From IMG/VR virus record IMGVR_UViG_3300044878_000177, positions 1 to 33,435 of that record: a DNA stretch of 33,435 bases; one strand, 5' to 3'. The translations under genes and the position numbers were made by a program. Of the stretch, positions 28,407-33,435 are shown one piece after another. The DNA is from a virus (taxonomy: Duplodnaviria > Caudoviricetes). Below the pieces are notes generated by a model. It was not told the DNA's origin. It made no database searches and was given only the letters and a program-made list of their open reading frames with translations. The first letter of the stretch is position 1, and every line of letters begins with the position of its first letter.

Positions 28407-28832
28407 ATGGCAACAAATATAAATACAATTTTAAATTGGTTTATGACTGGCAAGAAACCGACACAAGCACAATTTTGGGCTTCGTTGATTAGCTTTTGGC
28501 ACAAAGATGAAGCGATACCGCAAAATTCAGTATCAGGCCTTATAACTGTACTAAATGCAAAGACCGAAAACGATCAGTTCAACGCTCATAAAACAGATGA
28601 AAACGCCCATGCTGCTTTGTTTGCAAAAGTTAGGATAGTTGCCAATGGGAGGTTTACCATTTATAAAAATTCATTGAACACCAACCCTGAGACTGCTTAT
28701 AAATTAGAAGCAAATGATGTTGCTTGTGGTTTTATACCTAACACTCAAATTTTTATTCCTTTTGGGATGTATCTAGGCGGAGATATTGCTGATACTGAGA
28801 ACTGGAATACAAGTCCAATGGACTTCTCATAA
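28407..28832 (+). CDS. Tail fibre-associated protein
   Basis: N-terminus NWFMTGKKPTQAQFW..SFWHKDE, as seen in Bacteroidota phage fibres. Confidence 0.65.
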   Translation: MATNINTILNWFMTGKKPTQAQFWASLISFWHKDEAIPQNSVSGLITVLNAKTENDQFNAHKTDENAHAALFAKVRIVANGRFTIYKNSLNTNPETAYKLEANDVACGFIPNTQIFIPFGMYLGGDIADTENWNTSPMDFS

Positions 28833-28862
28833 TTAATTTTAACTCAATTATATTTAATAACT

Positions 28863-29894
28863 ATGAAAAAGATCACTTTTTTTTTAATGCTGTTTACAGC
28901 AACTTTTGGATTCTGTCAGAATCAAACCTTTACAGGTGTTAAAACATTCAACAGCGCACCTGTTTTTAAAAATTTATCTAATAATAATGGCAATAATAAA
29001 ATTTTGACCATTAATGATTTGAATAAGTTGCAATGGCGTGATGCTAATTCTTTTACAACTACTTCTGATTTGCAGGGAGTGCTTGGTGTTGGAAATGAAG
29101 CAAATATGAATGATGGTGAAATCTTATTATTAGGCGCTTCAAAAACTGATAGGATTACAAGGATAGCCTATCCTAATGCTAAGTTTGAGATGAATAACAA
29201 AAATGGCACTCTTAATCTTGGTGCAAATGATCCTAATACAGGGGAGTCAACATCAGTTGTTTTAGAAGGAGGAGGTCTTGATATATATGGCAAAACTGTA
29301 ACAATAAGAGATCCAAATACAATTGTTAGGTTTACATCGCAACCAACCCCATCAGGAGCACAAGACATTTTGTTATTTCCATTTTATGGAACTGGACAAA
29401 CAAACACATTAGCCACAAGAAGAGACGTTGCTGCTATTGGTAATAAATCTTTAGATGATATTTTGACAGCTGGAAATACATCTGACAAAAGTATTCGTTT
29501 AATTGGGACAAATAGTGTGTCATTTTTAAACTTATCTAGAACAGAGGGAATTATGAATTTACTTCCTGATGGCTCTGTATATATGTTAAATTCATCTGGA
29601 TTAGAAGTGCACGATGGTACAAGTGCAACATCATTTAAAAATGCTGGATATTTAGAATGGAATAATCTTGTAGACAAAAGTAACAGGATAAATTTCAAGA
29701 AGACTACTGCTGGTAATGCTGTATTCAACTTACCTGAATACACAGGAACTCATACATTGGCAACAATAGAAACTATAGCTCCAGCATCAGCTGCAGCTGC
29801 AGGAACAACTGGAGAAATAAGAACAACAGCAAATTATATCTATTGGTGCATTGCACCGAATACATGGATAAGAGCGGCAGGAAACACCTTTTAA
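28863..29894 (+). CDS. Tail-fibre-like protein with Sec signal peptide
   Basis: MKKITFFLMLFTATFGFC/Q; repeats DLQGVLGVGN and SLDDILTAGN; C-terminal GTTGEIR...YIYWCIAPNTWIR. Confidence 0.65.
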   Translation: MKKITFFLMLFTATFGFCQNQTFTGVKTFNSAPVFKNLSNNNGNNKILTINDLNKLQWRDANSFTTTSDLQGVLGVGNEANMNDGEILLLGASKTDRITRIAYPNAKFEMNNKNGTLNLGANDPNTGESTSVVLEGGGLDIYGKTVTIRDPNTIVRFTSQPTPSGAQDILLFPFYGTGQTNTLATRRDVAAIGNKSLDDILTAGNTSDKSIRLIGTNSVSFLNLSRTEGIMNLLPDGSVYMLNSSGLEVHDGTSATSFKNAGYLEWNNLVDKSNRINFKKTTAGNAVFNLPEYTGTHTLATIETIAPASAAAAGTTGEIRTTANYIYWCIAPNTWIRAAGNTF

Positions 29895-29900
29895 ATATAT

Positions 29901-30146
29901 ATGTATATGCAAACAAGAAAATCAAAATTTGGTTTCAAGCAATTACAACAATCAACCCCTGTGTGGGCATTATGGTTGTTTAGAATTACATTTTTGCTAA
30001 CGAAAATAGTTGTAGGTTACATCGCTGCAACAAATCTTTTATCTCCAGAATCAAAGTATGAAGTGACTTTATTTTTGACGCTCCTTGTTGATCCTTTAGC
30101 CTTTGGGTTATCAAAAATGTTCGGTGTTAGTGTCGAAGAAAAATAG
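29901..30146 (+). CDS. Small 2-TM protein, holin-like
   Basis: Two hydrophobic segments; directly upstream of endolysin. Confidence 0.6.
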   Translation: MYMQTRKSKFGFKQLQQSTPVWALWLFRITFLLTKIVVGYIAATNLLSPESKYEVTLFLTLLVDPLAFGLSKMFGVSVEEK

Positions 30147-30208
30147 GTTAGGTTCCTTGGAAGACAGGAAGTAAAAAAAGTAGTCCTTCAGTATTAAAAA
30201 AGTAAAAT

Positions 30209-30715
30209 ATGAAACCACAATTATTTGTAGAAAAGTATCTGTCGCATGCGAAAAAAGTTGAAGTCAAAACGGGGATTTCTGCCATCGCCACATTAACCCA
30301 AGCTGCACTTGAAAGTGCGTGGGGTGACGTTGCACCAGGCTTTATGTTTTTTGGGGTTAAAGATACCGATGGTATTAACGGTAATGAGCAGTTAATAACT
30401 ACTACCGAGTACACTAAAAGTATAAATAACCCCATGCCTATCGCAATTTCGACAACTCCTGTTGTTCGTAATGGTATCAAAATGTTTAAGCATAAAGGAA
30501 AAGATTATTTCAGGAAATACAATACGCCTGAAGATTGTTTTAATGATCATGCACAATTCTTTTTAAAGAATAAGCGATATGCAAAGGCATTGGCGGTCAA
30601 AGGAGATTACAATAAGTTTTTTGACGAAATCGCAAAAGCCGGGTATGCGACCGATCCCAATTATGCAAAAACTTTGAAAGAAGTATCAAAATCAATTGTA
30701 AAGCACATAAACTAG
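30209..30715 (+). CDS. Endolysin, GH73 glucosaminidase/FlgJ-like
   Basis: QAALESAWG, FFGVK, FRKY, AGYATDPNYA. Confidence 0.92.
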   Translation: MKPQLFVEKYLSHAKKVEVKTGISAIATLTQAALESAWGDVAPGFMFFGVKDTDGINGNEQLITTTEYTKSINNPMPIAISTTPVVRNGIKMFKHKGKDYFRKYNTPEDCFNDHAQFFLKNKRYAKALAVKGDYNKFFDEIAKAGYATDPNYAKTLKEVSKSIVKHIN

Positions 30716-30716
30716 T

Positions 30717-31295
30717 ATGAAATTATTGAAATACGTGGCGGTTTCGCTATTGGTATTTGGCTGTAAAACTAAAACGGTTACAGTTGAAAAATCAATTGAA
30801 AAAGAAAAAGAATCGATGACAATGCACTTTGATTCATTGCTTAAACAATCTACCAACACGCAATTAGATTGGCAGAAACAACAATGTAGTATTACTGATA
30901 ATTTGAAGCTATCAAGTGCTTTAGAATTGGATAGTTTAGGCAATAGAAAGCCATTTCATTTTAAGCATTATGTTGATGGCCAATTAGCAGAAGAAATATA
31001 CCTCGAGGGTGGCGAGATTAATAAAGAAACAAAGTCTAATAAAGCTGATGAGGTAGAGAATAAGCAAGAACGCAAACAAGAAAACACAAGAATTGAAAGT
31101 GATGTAGGTCAAAAAAAGCAAGGTGAAAAGAGTACCTTAAATAAAAACAAAAAGGCTAGTATTAAAGGCTTTCAGTTTGGTTTTTATATTTGGTCATTCT
31201 TGCTGATTGTTGTACTTATTATACTCACTTGGATTGCCAAAAAAATTAAACTTCCTGATAAGTTTAAATCGATATTCAATACAAAAGGAGGATAA
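30717..31295 (+). CDS. Unimolecular spanin candidate
   Basis: Lipobox VFGC plus C-terminal TM FYIWSFLLIVVLIILTWIA; after endolysin. Confidence 0.75.
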   Translation: MKLLKYVAVSLLVFGCKTKTVTVEKSIEKEKESMTMHFDSLLKQSTNTQLDWQKQQCSITDNLKLSSALELDSLGNRKPFHFKHYVDGQLAEEIYLEGGEINKETKSNKADEVENKQERKQENTRIESDVGQKKQGEKSTLNKNKKASIKGFQFGFYIWSFLLIVVLIILTWIAKKIKLPDKFKSIFNTKGG

Positions 31296-31427
31296 AAAAG
31301 CCCTCCGACATTTAAAAAAAACTCTCACATTCATTCTAAACTGACGCACTAAAGGTCGTCGGAGGACAATAAGTCTTCTGACCCTTTAGTGCGTTTGTTA
31401 TTTATGAATGTGAGAGGTGCAAATATA
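31294..31427. promoter_or_regulatory. Structured leader with antisense promoter upstream of the DNA-modification operon
   Basis: Nested inverted repeats 31322-34/31404-16, 31344-55/31383-94, 31361-67/31373-79; alternative pair 31302-09/31358-65; minus-strand TATATTTG at 31420-27. Confidence 0.7.
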
Positions 31428-31457
31428 CAATCATTAATCATCAATCAAAAAACGAAC

Positions 31458-32099
31458 ATGAATAAATATCATCAAATTTTACATCAAATTTTAAGTAAAG
31501 GAAAGAACCAGGATAACAATAAAGGTTCTATAAAGTATTTGCTGAATCAAACACTTGAACTTAAACCAATTGATTTATTGGAGTTGTTCGAAGGTCATGC
31601 AGTTGCACGAAAAAAACTAAAAGATGAGTTAGGCTTGTTTATGGCTGGGGAACGTTCCACTAAAGCGTATAGGGAAATTGGCGTGTCATGGTGGGACTAT
31701 TGCGGCCCTATATTGGTAAACAGTTACCCCACTTATTTTGAACAATTGCCAAAGCTTATCGAAAGGATAAATCTAGAAAAACGAACTTCTAAAAATTATG
31801 TTCTTTTTCTTGGTTCTAACAATACCGAAAGCAACCAACAACCATGTTTAAGTTTGATTCAGTTCCAAATCGAAAAAGGAAAAATTGTGGTTAGTGCCTA
31901 TCAAAGGAGTTCTGACGCCAGTTTAGGATTGCCGTCAGATATTTATCATTTATACTTAATCACTAAGCAAATAAATCTTGAATTAAAAAGCATTACATTA
32001 TTCTTAGGAAATGTACACATATACGAGAATAACATCGAGAATACTAATAGTTTATTAAGAGGAGAAACAGCCACTTTTAACCTAAACACGGGTAATTAA
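31458..32099 (+). CDS. Thymidylate-synthase-fold protein with cytosine-type active site (dCMP methyl/hydroxymethyl-transferase-like)
   Basis: QPCL (catalytic Cys), YQRSSD..LGLPSD, GNVHIYEN; ATG at 31458, 213 aa. Confidence 0.85.
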   Translation: MNKYHQILHQILSKGKNQDNNKGSIKYLLNQTLELKPIDLLELFEGHAVARKKLKDELGLFMAGERSTKAYREIGVSWWDYCGPILVNSYPTYFEQLPKLIERINLEKRTSKNYVLFLGSNNTESNQQPCLSLIQFQIEKGKIVVSAYQRSSDASLGLPSDIYHLYLITKQINLELKSITLFLGNVHIYENNIENTNSLLRGETATFNLNTGN

Positions 32100-32164
32100 T
32101 CACTGCCAAATACACTATAAAGATAGTGTAAAACAATCATTTAAACAAATATTCAATCAAAAAA

Positions 32165-33013
32165 ATGACACAAAAAATCAAGAAATTTACACAAGCGCCA
32201 TTACCTTTTATGGGGCAAAAGAGACGGTTTTTAAACCAAGTTAAAGAAGTATTAAGCAATTGTCCAAATGATGCAACATACGTCGATTTATTTGGTGGTT
32301 CGGGACTGTTATCACATACAATCAAGCAACATTACCCATTGGCAAAAGTGGTGTATAATGATTATGATAATTATAGGTTACGTCTTGGCAATGTTAGTAA
32401 TACCAATAGCCTTATTAGTGATATTAGGGCTATCGTGACTGACTGTCTAAAGGATAAAAGAATAGTAGAACCACAAAGGGGTTTGATTATTAAAAGAGTA
32501 CTGCAGGAAGAACAAACAACCGGCTATGTTGACTATATTACTTTGTCGAGTAATGTATTATTTAGTATGAAGTACGTGCAATCATACGCAGAATTGGAAA
32601 AGGAAACGCTTTATAATTGCGTTAGAATGAGTGATTATAATGCTGAAAACTATTTAGAAGGTGTTGTCATTGAATCCCTCGATTACAAAGAATTGTTCTC
32701 AAAGTACCAAGACTATACTAATGTGGTGTTTTTAGTTGACCCACCATACCTAAGTACTGAGGTTGGAACGTATAAGAATTACTGGAAATTAAAGGACTAC
32801 CTTGATGTTCTTAATGTGCTACAAGGTACTAATTATATCTATTTCACATCAAATAAAAGCCAAATAGTCGAGCTATGCGAATGGATGCAGGATAAGCCGG
32901 CTTTGTATAATCCTTTTGCGGGTTCAACCACAAGCACAGTAAACAATCAGGTTAATTTTAGTGCCAGTTATACCGATATAATGTTGCATAAGATAAACTA
33001 TAAATTTAAATAG
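32165..33013 (+). CDS. D12-class-like amino DNA methyltransferase (probably N6-adenine)
   Basis: APLPFMGQKR, YVDLFGGSG, YND, LVDPPY. Confidence 0.9.
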   Translation: MTQKIKKFTQAPLPFMGQKRRFLNQVKEVLSNCPNDATYVDLFGGSGLLSHTIKQHYPLAKVVYNDYDNYRLRLGNVSNTNSLISDIRAIVTDCLKDKRIVEPQRGLIIKRVLQEEQTTGYVDYITLSSNVLFSMKYVQSYAELEKETLYNCVRMSDYNAENYLEGVVIESLDYKELFSKYQDYTNVVFLVDPPYLSTEVGTYKNYWKLKDYLDVLNVLQGTNYIYFTSNKSQIVELCEWMQDKPALYNPFAGSTTSTVNNQVNFSASYTDIMLHKINYKFK

Positions 33014-33032
33014 GTTTTAAACACTGTTTAAA
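33005..33032. repeat. Triple TTTAAA at 11-bp phasing
   Basis: TTTAAA-TAGGT-TTTAAA-CACTG-TTTAAA. Confidence 0.7.
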
Positions 33033-33081
33033 CTCTCAAATTGAGAGCTTCGGTTTTTTTTGTGTTTTCTCTTAACTAATC

Positions 33082-33435
33082 TTATTGGACGATTTTTTCA
33101 CTATTATCCTTTTTTTGAGCTAATAGTATCACTGCTATTGATGTTATTATAAAAGTTCCATATGTAAATAAAAACCAAAAATTAATTATGGTATATTCTC
33201 TTATTAGTGCATTTGCATATGTTACTGGTATTAATAAAATTAAAAAACAAATAAGCAAGATTTTATAGCTCTTACTTTTATAGAAAATAACTAAAGCTAT
33301 AAGTATTGGTATAACAAAAAGTCCTTCCCATAATATAATTACGGAATTATTAAGTATATCATTAATAGATTGAAACAACCCTATTATTAATAGGGCAAAA
33401 TTTGGAACTTCATTTTCGTCCAATCCGGGTATCAT
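33082..33435 (-). CDS. AT-rich multi-TM membrane protein, probably 5'-partial (moron or host gene)
   Basis: Hydrophobic ORF reaching the window edge. Confidence 0.55.
   Translation of the reverse strand: MIPGLDENEVPNFALLIIGLFQSINDILNNSVIILWEGLFVIPILIALVIFYKSKSYKILLICFLILLIPVTYANALIREYTIINFWFLFTYGTFIITSIAVILLAQKKDNSEKIVQ

Larger units (their letters stand above)
118..33060. mobile_element. Mu-like transposable prophage with contractile tail (boundaries approximate; right end may lie outside the window)
   Basis: Repressor / DDE transposase / MuB-like ATPase at left; DUF935 portal, MuF, DUF1320, sheath, baseplate, lysis and terminal DNA-modification genes; no integrase. Confidence 0.93.

Noticed and set aside
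27575-30146. Mu G-segment-type invertible fibre cassette or diversity-generating retroelement
   Set aside because: No invertase or reverse transcriptase, no inverted fibre copy and no template/variable repeat pair seen
1526-30943. Short antisense or overlapping ORFs in the track (e.g. 1526, 2078, 3938, 10626, 11672, 17633, 21528, 22614, 24635, 29384, 30148)
   Set aside because: Shadows of well-supported genes; no recognisable motifs
31389-31457. Upstream GTG start of the TS-like ORF
   Set aside because: It lies in the hairpin leader; similarity to ThyA begins at ATG 31458
31458-32099. Gene symbol thyA
   Set aside because: Asn-to-Asp change and loss of conserved arginines make canonical function doubtful
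33033-33062. Prophage right end or strong terminator at CTCTCA-AAT-TGAGAG
   Set aside because: Short stem separated from the T run; no match to the left-end sequence
1-33435. CRISPR array, rRNA, intron/intein or IS insertion
   Set aside because: No spaced repeats; terminase, portal and other core genes are of normal length and uninterrupted

Overview
This low-GC window is almost entirely a Mu-like (transposable) prophage with a contractile tail. The host is most likely Bacteroidota/Flavobacteriaceae, judged from TAnnTTTG promoters, A-rich starts without Shine-Dalgarno sites, and DUF3164/DUF2586/DUF6046-type genes. Layout, left to right: (1) an S24-type repressor divergent from a small Ner/Cro-like gene; (2) DDE transposase and MuB-like ATPase; (3) accessory early genes; (4) an exported-protein moron; (5) a minus-strand packaging/portal/MuF operon that unusually also holds the tape-measure gene; (6) a divergent plus-strand capsid/tail/baseplate/lysis operon; (7) at the position of Mu mom, a thymidylate-synthase-fold gene with the cytosine-type Asp plus a DPPY DNA methyltransferase. 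The most notable signals are the TS-like/MTase module and its structured leader, a MuF with a PBECR2-like nuclease domain followed by a structured antisense RNA instead of an immunity ORF, three similar antisense-promoter cassettes, a dispersed TTTAAA-N5-TTTAAA motif, a stand-alone FtsK-gamma domain and a tRNA-like minihelix. All family calls come from motif recognition and synteny; no searches were run. The right prophage end could not be found in the window.
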